From Acidimicrobiaceae bacterium (GTDB lineage Bacteria > Actinomycetota > Acidimicrobiia > Acidimicrobiales > Bog-793), in assembly GCA_003140595.1 (NCBI GenBank), contig PLKG01000138.1, forward strand, positions 58,056 to 122,055: 64,000 nt of DNA. Reading direction: 5' to 3'. The stretch's first letter is position 1. Each line of letters opens with the position of its first letter. The notes below the pieces were generated by a model that saw only the letters and a program-made list of their open reading frames with translations, was not told where the DNA came from and did no database searches. Positions 10,316 through 22,488 of this stretch are shown here, in pieces. A program made the translations under genes and the position numbers.

Positions 10316-13243
10316 TTACCAGTCGTCGTCAGCCTGTGAAGCCCCTGAGCTCGCGGTCCTGATTGCGGCACCCGGGGCCTTCCTGGCCGCCGCCTTCTTG
10401 GCAGTTCCGGCCCTCTTCGCTGTCGCGGCCTTCTTCGCTGTCGCGGCCTTCTTCGCACCGGTGGCCTTGCGGGCGGTGGTCTTCTTCGCGGTGCCGACAG
10501 ACTTACGCGCCCCGGCCTTTTTTGCCGTGCCGGTCGCCTTGCGGGCACCGGCCTTCTTCGCCCCACCCGTTGCCCTGCGCGTCGTCGACCGCTTGGACGG
10601 ACCGGCCATCCGGCGGTCGGCGATCAGCTCGACTGCACGTTCGAGAGACAACTCGTCCGGGTCGTCACCCCGCCGCAACGAGGCGTTGGTGGTCCCATCG
10701 GTCACGTACGGCCCGAAACGGCCCGAGCGCAGCACGACCGCCGACCCCGACTCGGGGTCGGCACCGAGCTCGCGGAGAGGTGCGGCGGAGGTGCCGTAAC
10801 GACGCTGCTTCGGCGCGGCGAACAGGGAAACCGCCTCGTCGATCGTCACGGCGAACAGCTGGTCCTCACTCTCGAGGCTGCGCGTCTCGGAGCCTCGCTT
10901 CAAGAACGGCCCGAATCGCCCGTTCGCCGCCACGATCTCCTCACCGGTCTCGGGATCGGCACCGACCGTCCGTGGCAGTTGCAGGATCTGCAGAGCCTGC
11001 TCGAGGGAGATTTCCAAGACATCCATGGTCTTGAGCAACGAGGCGGTCCGCGGCTTGTCCGCGGCTTCGGCCGCCTCGCCGAGCTGAACGTAGGGCCCGA
11101 AGCGTCCCGCTCTCACGATCACGGCCTTACCGGTCACCGGGTCGTTGCCGAGCACGCGGTCAGAGGAGGGATGCTCCAACAGTTCTGCGGCCCGCTCCAA
11201 GGTGAGCTCGTCCGGGGCCAGGTCCTCGGGCACGGCCGCACGATCCTCGCCGCGCTGCAGGTACGGGCCGTAACGGCCGACGCGAATCACGATCTCGCGC
11301 CCTTGTGCGTCGGTGGCCAGTGGGATCGAGTTCACTTCCCGCGCATCGATCTCGTCGAGATGCAGGGACACGGCCTCCTTGAGACCGTGGGAGCCGTCGA
11401 CCGCGAGCGAGTGACCGGACGCCTTGGCGGACTGGACCGCTCCCGGCCGGTGCTCACCGAAGTAGAAGCGCTCGAGCCAGGGGACCTGTTCCTCGCTGCC
11501 CGAGGCGATGTCGTCGAGGTCATCCTCCATGGAGGCCGTGAACCCGTAGTCGACCAGGTTCGCGAAGTGGTCCTCGAGCAGTCCGACGACGGCGAAGGCC
11601 GTGAAGGACGGGACGAGGGCCGTGCCTCTCTTCCACACATAACCGCGGTCCTGGATGGTCCCGATGATGCTGGCATAGGTCGACGGCCGCCCGACACCGA
11701 GCTCCTCGAGACGCCGGACGAGCGATGCCTCGGTGTAACGGGCTGGCGGCTTGGTCGCGTGCTCCTCGACCTCGAGGACTTCGCAGTCGAGGTCCGCGCC
11801 GGCGACTAGTCGAGGCAGGCGGACATCCTCCGCGCCGCGCCGCTCGCTCCGGCCGTCGAGATTCTCGTCGTCATCCTCGCGGTAGACGGCCAGGAAGCCC
11901 GGATCGGTGATGACCGTGCCCGACGCCAGGAACACCGTCACGGTCCCGGTCATCGCGGCCGGGGAATCGGTCACGGTCCGCCCGACGATGCGAGCCCGTG
12001 CTGTGGTGCCGGTGGCGTCGTTCATCTGCGATGCGACCGTCCGTTGCCAGACGAGCTCGTAGAGGCTGCGCTCCTCACCCCGCAGCTCGCCCGCGACCTC
12101 AGAGGGCGTCCGGAACCGGTCGCCGGCGGGCCGGATCGCTTCGTGAGCCTCCTGGGCGTTCTTCACCTTGCTGCGGTACACCCGGGGGGAGCGGGGGACC
12201 GATTGGGCTCCGTAGAGCGCCTGGGCCTGGTCTCGGGCGGCGCTGATGGCGGTATCCGACAGAGTCGTCGAGTCGGTCCGCATGTAGGTGATGTAACCGC
12301 GCTCGTAGAGCCGCTGCGCGACCTGCATCGTCCGCTGCGCGGAGAAGCGCAACTTGCGCGCCGCATCCTGCTGGAGAGTGGAAGTGATGAAGGGGGCAGC
12401 CGGCGAGCGCCGGTAAGGGCGCTCCTCAACACTGGCGACCTCGAAACCGGCACCAGCGAGGGCAGCGACGAGGCCACGGCCCGCTTGGTCGTCGAGCAGC
12501 ACGACGTCGTCGGGCGAGCTCAGCGTACCCGTCGGACCAAAGTCCTCGCCCGTTGCCACCCGACGATCACCGATCTCCACCAGGCGTGCGGCGAAGGGCT
12601 GCGACTCGGCGGAGAAACTGCCTTCGACGCTGCACCAGCTGGCGGAACGGAACCGCATGCGCTCTCGCTCGCGCTCGACGACGATCCGGGTGGCGACGCT
12701 CTGCACGCGGCCAGCTGACAGGCCCTTGGCGACCTTGCGCCACAGCACCGGTGAGACCTCGTAGCCGTAGAGGCGATCGAGGATGCGCCGGGCCTCCTGG
12801 GCGTCGACGAGGCGGCGATCGAGCTCGCGGGGGTGCTCGATGGCGGCGCGGATGGCTGCGGGCGTGATCTCGTGGAACACCATGCGCGAGACGGGCACCC
12901 GGGGCGAGAGTACTTCGACCAGGTGCCACGCGATCGACTCGCCTTCACGGTCCTCGTCTGTCGCGAGATAGACCTCGCTGGCCGCGCCGACCAGGCGGCG
13001 AAGCTTCGCGACCTGTTCGCGCTTTTCGCGCGACACGACGTACAGGGGCTTGAAGTCGTTGTCCACGTCGACGCCGAGACGAGCCCAGGGCTCGGCCTTG
13101 AACGCCGCCGGCACGTCCGCCGCCGACCGGGGCAGGTCGCGTATGTGGCCGATCGAGGACTCGACGACGTAGTCACCGCCGAGATAGCCAGCGATGGTCT
13201 TCGCCTTGGCTGGGGACTCGACGATCACTAGTGGCTTGGGCAT
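10316..13243 (-). CDS. topA: DNA topoisomerase I with Lys/Ala-rich C-terminal tail
   Basis: 975 aa. N-terminal Toprim domain (LVIVESPAKAKTIAGYLG ... SIGHIRDLP), the YITYMRTDS active-site Tyr block, repeated C-terminal GRFGPY modules, and a basic AKKA-type tail. Confidence 0.95.
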   Translation of the reverse strand: MPKPLVIVESPAKAKTIAGYLGGDYVVESSIGHIRDLPRSAADVPAAFKAEPWARLGVDVDNDFKPLYVVSREKREQVAKLRRLVGAASEVYLATDEDREGESIAWHLVEVLSPRVPVSRMVFHEITPAAIRAAIEHPRELDRRLVDAQEARRILDRLYGYEVSPVLWRKVAKGLSAGRVQSVATRIVVERERERMRFRSASWCSVEGSFSAESQPFAARLVEIGDRRVATGEDFGPTGTLSSPDDVVLLDDQAGRGLVAALAGAGFEVASVEERPYRRSPAAPFITSTLQQDAARKLRFSAQRTMQVAQRLYERGYITYMRTDSTTLSDTAISAARDQAQALYGAQSVPRSPRVYRSKVKNAQEAHEAIRPAGDRFRTPSEVAGELRGEERSLYELVWQRTVASQMNDATGTTARARIVGRTVTDSPAAMTGTVTVFLASGTVITDPGFLAVYREDDDENLDGRSERRGAEDVRLPRLVAGADLDCEVLEVEEHATKPPARYTEASLVRRLEELGVGRPSTYASIIGTIQDRGYVWKRGTALVPSFTAFAVVGLLEDHFANLVDYGFTASMEDDLDDIASGSEEQVPWLERFYFGEHRPGAVQSAKASGHSLAVDGSHGLKEAVSLHLDEIDAREVNSIPLATDAQGREIVIRVGRYGPYLQRGEDRAAVPEDLAPDELTLERAAELLEHPSSDRVLGNDPVTGKAVIVRAGRFGPYVQLGEAAEAADKPRTASLLKTMDVLEISLEQALQILQLPRTVGADPETGEEIVAANGRFGPFLKRGSETRSLESEDQLFAVTIDEAVSLFAAPKQRRYGTSAAPLRELGADPESGSAVVLRSGRFGPYVTDGTTNASLRRGDDPDELSLERAVELIADRRMAGPSKRSTTRRATGGAKKAGARKATGTAKKAGARKSVGTAKKTTARKATGAKKAATAKKAATAKRAGTAKKAAARKAPGAAIRTASSGASQADDDW
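10421..10456. repeat. Perfect 18-bp tandem duplication inside the topA tail
   Basis: tgtcgcggccttcttcgc occurs twice back to back (10421-10438 and 10439-10456). It encodes AKKAAT AKKAAT on the minus strand. Confidence 0.9.
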
Positions 13244-13274
13244 ATGTGCTCGTCCTCGTAAGGGCGGACGACCG

Positions 13275-13292
13275 AAAATGCGGCAGTCCGCA
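13275..13292 (-). terminator. Short intrinsic-terminator-like hairpin after hppA
   Basis: Minus strand UGCGG-ACUG-CCGCA followed by UUUU, beginning 6 nt after the hppA stop. The stem is only 5 bp. Confidence 0.35.
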
Positions 13293-13297
13293 GTGGC

Positions 13298-15664
<2,367 letters not shown>

Positions 15665-15694
15665 TACTTGCTCCTTTTGGTCGAGTCGCGTCGG

Positions 15695-15724
15695 ACAATA
15701 GGGGAGACAGGCCGCAGGATTCAA
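15695..15724 (-). promoter_or_regulatory. Candidate sigma-70-type promoter for hppA
   Basis: Minus strand TTGAAT, 18 nt, TATTGT, about 30 nt upstream of the hppA start in a locally AT-rich stretch. Confidence 0.3.
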
Positions 15725-15838
15725 ACTGCGCAATTAATTGGGGGGTGAGCGAGGGTCACGAATCGCATCCGGCGGACCGGTTGCGCCGGCGGCGGGTACG
15801 GCTCAGGTCCTGGCGCCCGGCAAGCCCCAAGCCGACCG

Positions 15839-18364
15839 TCAACTCTGGCCGGGAGCGACCGGTCCCTGAGCCCCCGTCGGGGCCTCGGCGTGATCCGGGG
15901 TCGAGATCACCCAGTAGAGCGGGTTGACCATCCCGACGCTGCGTCCGCGAGATGCGACCATGCCCTCTACGACGACGCGGGCTCCGGGCTCGATACCAGC
16001 CACGCGGCGACGACCTTGGAACACGGCCATGACCTGGCCGCTCCCATCGGAGATCGTGCATTCGAGCGAGGAAACTCCGGCTCGGGGCTGGACACGCACA
16101 GTCCGGATGCGCCCGGCGACCCGGGCACGCTGACGCGGGCGCAGGTCGCCGATCGGGATCGCCCCGGCGGCGAGGCCCGACGTGGAGGCGCTGCGGAAGC
16201 CGGCGACGCGCTCGGCCGCCGTCTTGGCACCTGCTTCGCGCGCCGCCCGGCTCGGTTCATTGGTGCCGAATTCGGCGTCGTGCAGCGCCCCGGACCCTTT
16301 GTCCCCCCCCACCTTCCAAGGGACAAGCTGCCGCCGGCGTTTGCCCAGTTGGAAGGGCACAATTGTCGCGTTCACGTTCGGCAGTTCGCCGACGTAGGCG
16401 GCGATGCGGTCCGACGTACGGTCGTGCAGCAACCGCTGCCAATACCCCGAGACGACGCGGTGGGGAAGCAGCACACTCACCTCGGTCTGGCCGTCGGCGG
16501 CGACATCCGCGATCAGCTCCATCGAGGCCCTGACCAGGCGACGGTCCGGGCATTCGACAAGGTCGAGAGGAAAGCGCGACAGGCCGAGCTTGGCCCACTG
16601 AGCCTCGAGCTCGGCCGCGCGGGTGCTGTCTAGCACGAAATGCACAGCACGGAGCTCGTCGGGGTCGAGCATCCTTGCGTACTGCAGGGCACGGGCGTCC
16701 GCGAGGTCCAGACGGTCGACGAACACGAGCACGACATGGCGGCGAAGTATCGGGGCCACGAGGGCGTTGCTGACGTTCTCCTGCAGCTCGCTGCGCTCCT
16801 CGTCGTACTGCTTGTGCAGCCTGATCAGGGTGGGGACGAGGATGACGAACAGCACGACGACGATCCAGACGCCCTCGCGGAACTTCACGATGACAAAGAT
16901 CAGAACGACGCTGAGCGACAGCACCGCGGCGAAACCGTTTATGGCGAGCTTGTACTTCCAGCCCTTCTCGCGCATGCGGATGTGATGCTTGGCCATGCCA
17001 GCGCCCGCCATGGTGAAGCCGGTGAAGACGCCGACCGCGTAGACGCCGACCAGGACGCTCACCTGGGCGTTGGTCCCGATGAGGAGCGCCTCGGCGCAGA
17101 TGGTGAGGATGATGATCCCGTTCGAGAAGACCAGCCGGTGGCCGCGCCGCGTGAGTCGGCGCGGGAGGAAGGAGTCTTCGGCCACGAAGCTGGCAAGGTT
17201 CGGGAACCCGTTGAAGCTCGTGTTGGCGCCGGTGTAGAGGATCAGCATCGTCGCGCCGTCGAGGAAGTAGAAGCCGAACTTTCCGAACCAGGCGGAGCCG
17301 AATACGTACTGCGCTTCCTGGGAGAGCACCGTCGGGCTGCCGTGCAGGTAGGGAACGGCATGGGTGACGTGGGCGAGCAACGACACACCGAGAACGAGGA
17401 AGCCGAGGATGGTCGACATGAGGACGAGAACCCGACGGGCATTGCGCCCTTCGGGCGGGCGGAAGGTCGAGACACCGTTCGAGATCGCCTCGAGGCCGGT
17501 CAGCGATGACCCGCCGTTGGCGAAGGCACGCAGCACGATAATTATCGAGGCCCCGTACAAAAGCCCGCTTCCTGGTGTGCCGATGTGCACTACCCCGGCC
17601 TTGACGATCGAGTGCGTGTGCAGTTGACCGAGCGCGGTCCTGATGATTCCGATGATGATCAACGTGCCGGTCGCGGCGGCGAAGAGGTAGGTGGGAAGCG
17701 CGAAGGTCCGGCCCGCCTCGCGGATCCCGCGCAGGTTGCCGTATGCGAGGAGCGCGACCACGACGACGGTGATCTCGAGGCCCCAGTGCGCAAGTGCAGG
17801 AAAGGCGGAGGTCAAGGCGTCCGTCCCGGCGGCTGTCTGCACCGCAACGGTCACGATGTAGTCGATGATCAACGCGACGGCGGCCACCTGGGCCACCTTC
17901 ACGCCGAAGTTCTCCCTGGCCACCACGTACGAGCCGCCGGCTCGCGTGTATACCATCACGACCTCGCGGTACGAGAGGGTGACGAACAGCAGCACGACGA
18001 TGACTGCGAAGGTGATCGGGAGCAGAAGGCTGAAAGCGGCAACACCGACGGCCTTCACGAGCTCGAAAAGGATCTCCTCGGTCCCGTACGCCGTCGACGA
18101 GATGCAGTCCGGGGCCAGCACGCCGAGCGCAGTCGGCTTGCCGAGCCGCTCAACAGACAGGCGCTCGGTGACCAGAGGCGGCCCGAGCAGCGCCGTCTTC
18201 AGGCGGTACGAAAGCGACTCGGGCAGGATGACGACGTCGCCGAACTCCTGGCGACTGAATCCCGGCTCGGCACCTCCCTCGCTCAGTGAAGACGCCGGAG
18301 GTGGTTGCACCTGCCCGACCGAGGGCTCACCCAAATCGTCGGTGGTTCCGCCCGGCACAAACAT
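15839..18364 (-). CDS. APC-superfamily permease with cytosolic C-terminal domain, fused to a C-terminal OB-fold domain
   Basis: One uninterrupted ORF. About 12 hydrophobic segments (GVLAPDCISSTAYGTEEI...) are followed by a soluble domain (VLVFVDRLDLADARALQYA...). After a linker comes IGDLRPRQRARVAGRIRTVRVQPRAGVSSLECTISDGSGQVMAVFQGRRRVAGIEPGARVVVEGM, which matches the stand-alone actinobacterial OB-fold protein. The start is ambiguous (ATG 18364 or GTG 18463). Confidence 0.75.
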   Translation of the reverse strand: MFVPGGTTDDLGEPSVGQVQPPPASSLSEGGAEPGFSRQEFGDVVILPESLSYRLKTALLGPPLVTERLSVERLGKPTALGVLAPDCISSTAYGTEEILFELVKAVGVAAFSLLLPITFAVIVVLLFVTLSYREVVMVYTRAGGSYVVARENFGVKVAQVAAVALIIDYIVTVAVQTAAGTDALTSAFPALAHWGLEITVVVVALLAYGNLRGIREAGRTFALPTYLFAAATGTLIIIGIIRTALGQLHTHSIVKAGVVHIGTPGSGLLYGASIIIVLRAFANGGSSLTGLEAISNGVSTFRPPEGRNARRVLVLMSTILGFLVLGVSLLAHVTHAVPYLHGSPTVLSQEAQYVFGSAWFGKFGFYFLDGATMLILYTGANTSFNGFPNLASFVAEDSFLPRRLTRRGHRLVFSNGIIILTICAEALLIGTNAQVSVLVGVYAVGVFTGFTMAGAGMAKHHIRMREKGWKYKLAINGFAAVLSLSVVLIFVIVKFREGVWIVVVLFVILVPTLIRLHKQYDEERSELQENVSNALVAPILRRHVVLVFVDRLDLADARALQYARMLDPDELRAVHFVLDSTRAAELEAQWAKLGLSRFPLDLVECPDRRLVRASMELIADVAADGQTEVSVLLPHRVVSGYWQRLLHDRTSDRIAAYVGELPNVNATIVPFQLGKRRRQLVPWKVGGDKGSGALHDAEFGTNEPSRAAREAGAKTAAERVAGFRSASTSGLAAGAIPIGDLRPRQRARVAGRIRTVRVQPRAGVSSLECTISDGSGQVMAVFQGRRRVAGIEPGARVVVEGMVASRGRSVGMVNPLYWVISTPDHAEAPTGAQGPVAPGQS

Positions 18365-18510
18365 CGAGCCTACTTTGTCACCCCCAAATGCAACGAAAGA
18401 GCCCCCGTGGGGTGCAGGATCGCAATATCGCGCGAGCGGGCGCCGGGCCGGCGTCGTTGTCAAGAGGACGTGAGTTGTGCAGGCGCGCTCGCGGGTGTTC
18501 GATAGGTGGC

Positions 18511-19203
18511 ATGCACGTCATCGTCGTCGGGTGCGGCAGGACCGGCGCGGGACTGGCCGCCGAGCTGACCAAGGCCGGGCACTCGGTCGCGATCATCGAC
18601 AAGCTTCCCCGCGCGTTCCGACGCCTGCCGCCGGACTGGCCCGGTAAGCGGATCGTCGGCTTCGGGTTCGACCGGGACCACCTCGAGGAAGCCGGGGCAA
18701 AGCAAGCGGACGCTCTCGCCGCGGTCACAAGTGGCGACAATTCGAACATCTTGTGTGCCCGGATTGCCCGCGAGACCTACGAGATCCCGAACGTGGTGGC
18801 GCGTATCTACGACTCGCGCCGGGCCGAGGTCTTCCAGCGGCTGGGGATTCCCACGGTGCCCACGGTCCCCTGGACAATCGACCACGTGCTACGCCGGATC
18901 CTGCCAGAGCGCGCCGTCACCGAATGGTCCGACGCGACGGGCCACCTTCACTTGATTGAGCGGCCGTTGCCGGCCGCCTGGGCGGGCTGCCCGTTGCCGG
19001 CCGCGGCCGTACACGGCGACGGTATCCGTGTGGTGGCTGTGACCCGCGCTGGCTTGCCGACCGTCGACATCGGCGATCTCGTCGGACAGGAGGGGGACGT
19101 CCTCCACCTCGTCGTGACCCATGACGTCGAGGGCAAGCTCGAGGCGTTGTTCCCAGGTGCGTCGGGTGTCTCGGTGTCGAGCAGCGGAGGGGACCACGGA
19201 TGA
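18511..19203 (+). CDS. trkA: TrkA-family potassium-uptake regulatory protein (RCK; CeoB-like)
   Basis: MHVIVVGCGRTGAGLA Rossmann motif (GxGxxG) plus a TrkA-C-like C-terminus. The track ORF (from 18286) is trimmed to ATG 18511. Confidence 0.85.
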   Translation: MHVIVVGCGRTGAGLAAELTKAGHSVAIIDKLPRAFRRLPPDWPGKRIVGFGFDRDHLEEAGAKQADALAAVTSGDNSNILCARIARETYEIPNVVARIYDSRRAEVFQRLGIPTVPTVPWTIDHVLRRILPERAVTEWSDATGHLHLIERPLPAAWAGCPLPAAAVHGDGIRVVAVTRAGLPTVDIGDLVGQEGDVLHLVVTHDVEGKLEALFPGASGVSVSSSGGDHG

Positions 19204-19868
19204 AGGTGGCGATCGCGGGCGCGGGCAACGTGGGCCGATTTCTCACCGAGGACCTCGCCGGCAACGGGCACGAAGTCGTGCTGATCGATCGGGACCCCGA
19301 TCGACTGGCCACGCTGCCGCCAATCGAGGGCGTCCGCTACGTGACCGCCGACGCCTGCGAGGTGTCCTCCCTACAGGCGGCACAATTCGACGAGATGGAC
19401 GTCGTCGTGGCCACCACGGGAGACGACGAGGACAATCTCGTCATCTCACAGCTGGCCAAGATGGAGTTCGCGGTTCCCCGCGTCATCGCAAGGGTGAACC
19501 ACCCGAAGAACAACTGGCTCTTCAACGAGACCTGGGGCGTGGACGTGGCGGTGTCGACTCCCCATCTCCTGGCCGGCCTCGTCGAGGAAGCCGTCTCGGT
19601 CGGGACCCTCGTGCGCCTTCTGCAGTTCGAGGGGGGCCGCACGCGCCTCATGGAGGTGACCTTGGGCGCCGACTCGCCGGTTCTGGGTAGCGAGTTCGGA
19701 TCGCTCGTTTTGCCACGTGGTTCGGCTGTCGTCGCTCTCGTCCGGGACGGCCACGTAGTTGTGCCGCGACCGGACGCGCCCCTGGTCGAAGGTGATGAAG
19801 TCGTGCTGCTCGTCAGCGCTCAATGTGAGGACGACGAGATCCGGACGCTTCTGCTCCAGGGCTCGTGA
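19200..19868 (+). CDS. trkA: TrkA-family potassium-uptake regulatory protein (RCK; CeoC-like)
   Basis: MKVAIAGAGNVGRFL Rossmann motif. ATGA overlap with the upstream trkA paralogue. Confidence 0.85.
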   Translation: MKVAIAGAGNVGRFLTEDLAGNGHEVVLIDRDPDRLATLPPIEGVRYVTADACEVSSLQAAQFDEMDVVVATTGDDEDNLVISQLAKMEFAVPRVIARVNHPKNNWLFNETWGVDVAVSTPHLLAGLVEEAVSVGTLVRLLQFEGGRTRLMEVTLGADSPVLGSEFGSLVLPRGSAVVALVRDGHVVVPRPDAPLVEGDEVVLLVSAQCEDDEIRTLLLQGS

Positions 19869-21052
19869 CCGACGCTTGGGACCAGGGGAGAGCCGGCGAG
19901 GAGCCTGCGCCGGAACAGCCCGAGCTCGCTCCACCGCACGAGGCGGCTGAGAAGACCGAGCAGGTTGAGTTTGAGGCATCTGGTGGGACGAATCTGTCCG
20001 AGGCGCCGGCAGGGATTCCAGCGCCTGATGAGCCTTCCGAGCAGGCCGCGCCGAAACGGCGCCGTAGCCGCAACCGCCATCGGCGCAGCCCCGGAGCTGC
20101 TCCGCTGAACGACGATGCCGGCACGGACGACGCGCGCGAAGGTGACGGCGTGGGGCACGATGCCGCAGGTCAGGAACCCTCCGCCGACACCGAGGGTAAA
20201 GTCGTGCGGGCCGCCAAACGGCCGGTGCCCGCCAGCTACGGGCCACTCGAGGCGGCCTTCTTCGACCTCGACAAGACCGTCATCGCGAAGGCATCGATGG
20301 TCGCCTTCGGTCGACCCTTTTACCACGGTGGCCTGATCAACCGGCGGACCGCGCTACGGGCACTGTACGGCGAGCTCGTGTACCTCCACCTCGGTGCGAG
20401 CGAACAGAAGCTCAACCGCATCCGGGAGAGCGTCCTAAGACTGATCAAGGGCTGGCACCGCGACCGCGTATGCGAGATCGTCGCGGAGGCGATCGTGGGG
20501 ATCGTCGAGCCGATCATCTTCGCGGAGGCTGCCGACCTGATCGACTGGCATCACGAACAGGGACGCCTGGTGGTCATCGTGTCGGCGTCGCCGGACGAGA
20601 TCGTCACTCCGCTGAGCAGCTTCTTGGGTGCCGACGAATGCATCGCGAGCAAGGCACGGGTGGACGACGAGGGTCGCTACACCGGAACGATGCAGTTCTA
20701 CGCGTTCGGGCCCTTCAAGGCCGAGGCGATGGACGCCCTCGCGGCCGAGCGCGGAATCGACCTCGCCGCGTCATATGCGTACACCGACTCCTACACCGAC
20801 CTGCCCATGTTGGAGGCCGTCGGCCATCCCGTGGCCGTGAACCCGGACCGTGTACTGAACCGCTACGCGCGCGAGCACGAGTTCGAAATCCTTCATTTCA
20901 GCCAGACCGTGAGCCTGTGGAGCCGGTTTCGCGACCGGATCGGGGCCGTACCGCCCCGTCCCGCGATGGCCGCGTCGGCAGGAGCGGTCACGCTCGGTGT
21001 CGCAGCCGCGGCTGCAGGCTGGTGGTTGGGCTCGCGCAGGCACGAAGGCTGA
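19865..21052 (+). CDS. HAD-IB family hydrolase (SerB-like) with low-complexity N-terminal region and C-terminal hydrophobic segment
   Basis: FFDLDKTVI (DxD motif), VVIVSASP and YTDSYTDLPML blocks. The GTG at 19865 overlaps the trkA stop (GTGA). The roughly 120-aa acidic/Pro-rich N-terminus makes the true start uncertain. Confidence 0.7.
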   Translation: MTDAWDQGRAGEEPAPEQPELAPPHEAAEKTEQVEFEASGGTNLSEAPAGIPAPDEPSEQAAPKRRRSRNRHRRSPGAAPLNDDAGTDDAREGDGVGHDAAGQEPSADTEGKVVRAAKRPVPASYGPLEAAFFDLDKTVIAKASMVAFGRPFYHGGLINRRTALRALYGELVYLHLGASEQKLNRIRESVLRLIKGWHRDRVCEIVAEAIVGIVEPIIFAEAADLIDWHHEQGRLVVIVSASPDEIVTPLSSFLGADECIASKARVDDEGRYTGTMQFYAFGPFKAEAMDALAAERGIDLAASYAYTDSYTDLPMLEAVGHPVAVNPDRVLNRYAREHEFEILHFSQTVSLWSRFRDRIGAVPPRPAMAASAGAVTLGVAAAAAGWWLGSRRHEG

Positions 21053-21315
21053 GCGGCGCCCGCGCGTTCTCCGTGTCAGCCGACAGTCAACTGCCTGGCG
21101 TAGTGCCCCCTAACTTGCGAAGGCCGCACGACCCCTGCGTGAGTGTCAAACAGTCAGTCGCCGCGGAGGCGCTTCGCCGCGATGACGCCCAACGCGACGA
21201 GGAGAGCCAGTATGACGAGCTTTTTGATCATGGCACGATCGTAGCCAGTCCGACCCGGCTACGGACGGTCAGCACCCAGCTGAGCCCGTGAGAGCACCGA
21301 GCGGGCGGATCCGGC

Positions 21316-22254
21316 TCAAACTGTCAAAAGGTCCCTTGCCCCGGTGTCACTCGAGGGGTGCCTCAGCTTTGACATCGCACGAGCCTCGATCTGGCGTATC
21401 CGTTCACGGGTGAGATTGAAGTGCTCGCCGACCTCTTCCAGCGTACGCGGCTCGCCCCGGTCCAAACCGAAGCGGAGCTTCAGGATCTCACGCTCTCGTT
21501 CGTCGAGCGGGGCCAGTAAGCGGTTGATCTCGAGCGGCAACAATGCCGTCGCGGCGACCTCGAACGGCGACTCGGCCGAGCGATCCTCGACAACGTCGCC
21601 GAGCTCGGCATCGCCGTCTTCGCGTAGCGGCTCGGACAGCGACAAGGGCTCGGCGCGGAACCTGAGCGCCTCGATCAGCTTGTCCTCCGGCAGCTCCACC
21701 TCGATGCCGAGCTCCACCAGCGTCGCCGGCCGGCCGAGCTTGAGCTCGAGTCGGGCTTGTGCCTTCTGCACCCTGGCGAGGGTGTCTCCTGCATGAACAG
21801 GCAGCCGGATCGTCCGTCCCGTGTTGGCAATGCCACGCGTGATCGCCTGGCGGATCCACCAGGTTGCATACGTCGAGAACTTGAATCCCTTGCGCCAATC
21901 GAACTTTTCGACAGCGTGCATCAGGCCGAGGTTGCCCTCTTGTATCAGGTCGAGCAGAGGCAGCCCTGACGCTTGATATTTCTTCGCGATCGAAACAACC
22001 AAACGAAGGTTCGACTGGACGAAAGTCCTCTGGGCCGTCTCGCCCTCGCGGACATGGCGGTTGAGCTCTCGGCGCCTGGTGGGGGTCATTCCCTTGGACT
22101 TGGTCCTCAGCTCCTCCTCGGCACCCCAACGAGCCTCGATCGCCTGTGCGAGGCGGACCTCGTCGTCCTTTGTGAGCAACGGGTACTGACCGATATCGGT
22201 CAGATACAGCCGGACGAGATCCTCTTCGTCGCGCTCAACTCGCTCTTTCGCCAA
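21316..22254 (-). CDS. RNA polymerase sigma-70 family factor (group 1/2, SigB-like length)
   Basis: Region 2 ([57 protein letters not shown]) and region 4.2 ([29 protein letters not shown]). I chose TTG 22254 as the start because GGAGG lies 9-10 nt upstream. The track ORF extends to 22431. Confidence 0.88.
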   Translation of the reverse strand: MAKERVERDEEDLVRLYLTDIGQYPLLTKDDEVRLAQAIEARWGAEEELRTKSKGMTPTRRRELNRHVREGETAQRTFVQSNLRLVVSIAKKYQASGLPLLDLIQEGNLGLMHAVEKFDWRKGFKFSTYATWWIRQAITRGIANTGRTIRLPVHAGDTLARVQKAQARLELKLGRPATLVELGIEVELPEDKLIEALRFRAEPLSLSEPLREDGDAELGDVVEDRSAESPFEVAATALLPLEINRLLAPLDEREREILKLRFGLDRGEPRTLEEVGEHFNLTRERIRQIEARAMSKLRHPSSDTGARDLLTV

Positions 22255-22488
22255 GATATAAAAGCCTCCGTGGGTCGGCCGGCACAGCCTCGGGCTGTTC
22301 CGAAATAGTTGACGCGTCGGCAGAGCCATCCGCGTCCGGCCGACGCTGCCCCACACCGCGCCGGTCAGCGAACCTTGCGCTGCTTCCTTACTCGAACGTA
22401 AGTGTAACGGTGGAGTCAAGCTTGCCCGCACACGATGCTTGCCCTGGAATCATCGTGGTGCTAGGGGCGGCCCACCAGAGACCGGAAT

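Noticed and set aside
18365-18463. 33-codon N-terminal extension of the APC-OB permease, starting from GTG 18463.
   Set aside because: Third-position GC drops in this stretch (tct ttc gtt gca ttt ggg ggt gac aaa gta), and it would leave only 47 bp to the divergent trkA start. I prefer ATG 18364, but this is not settled.
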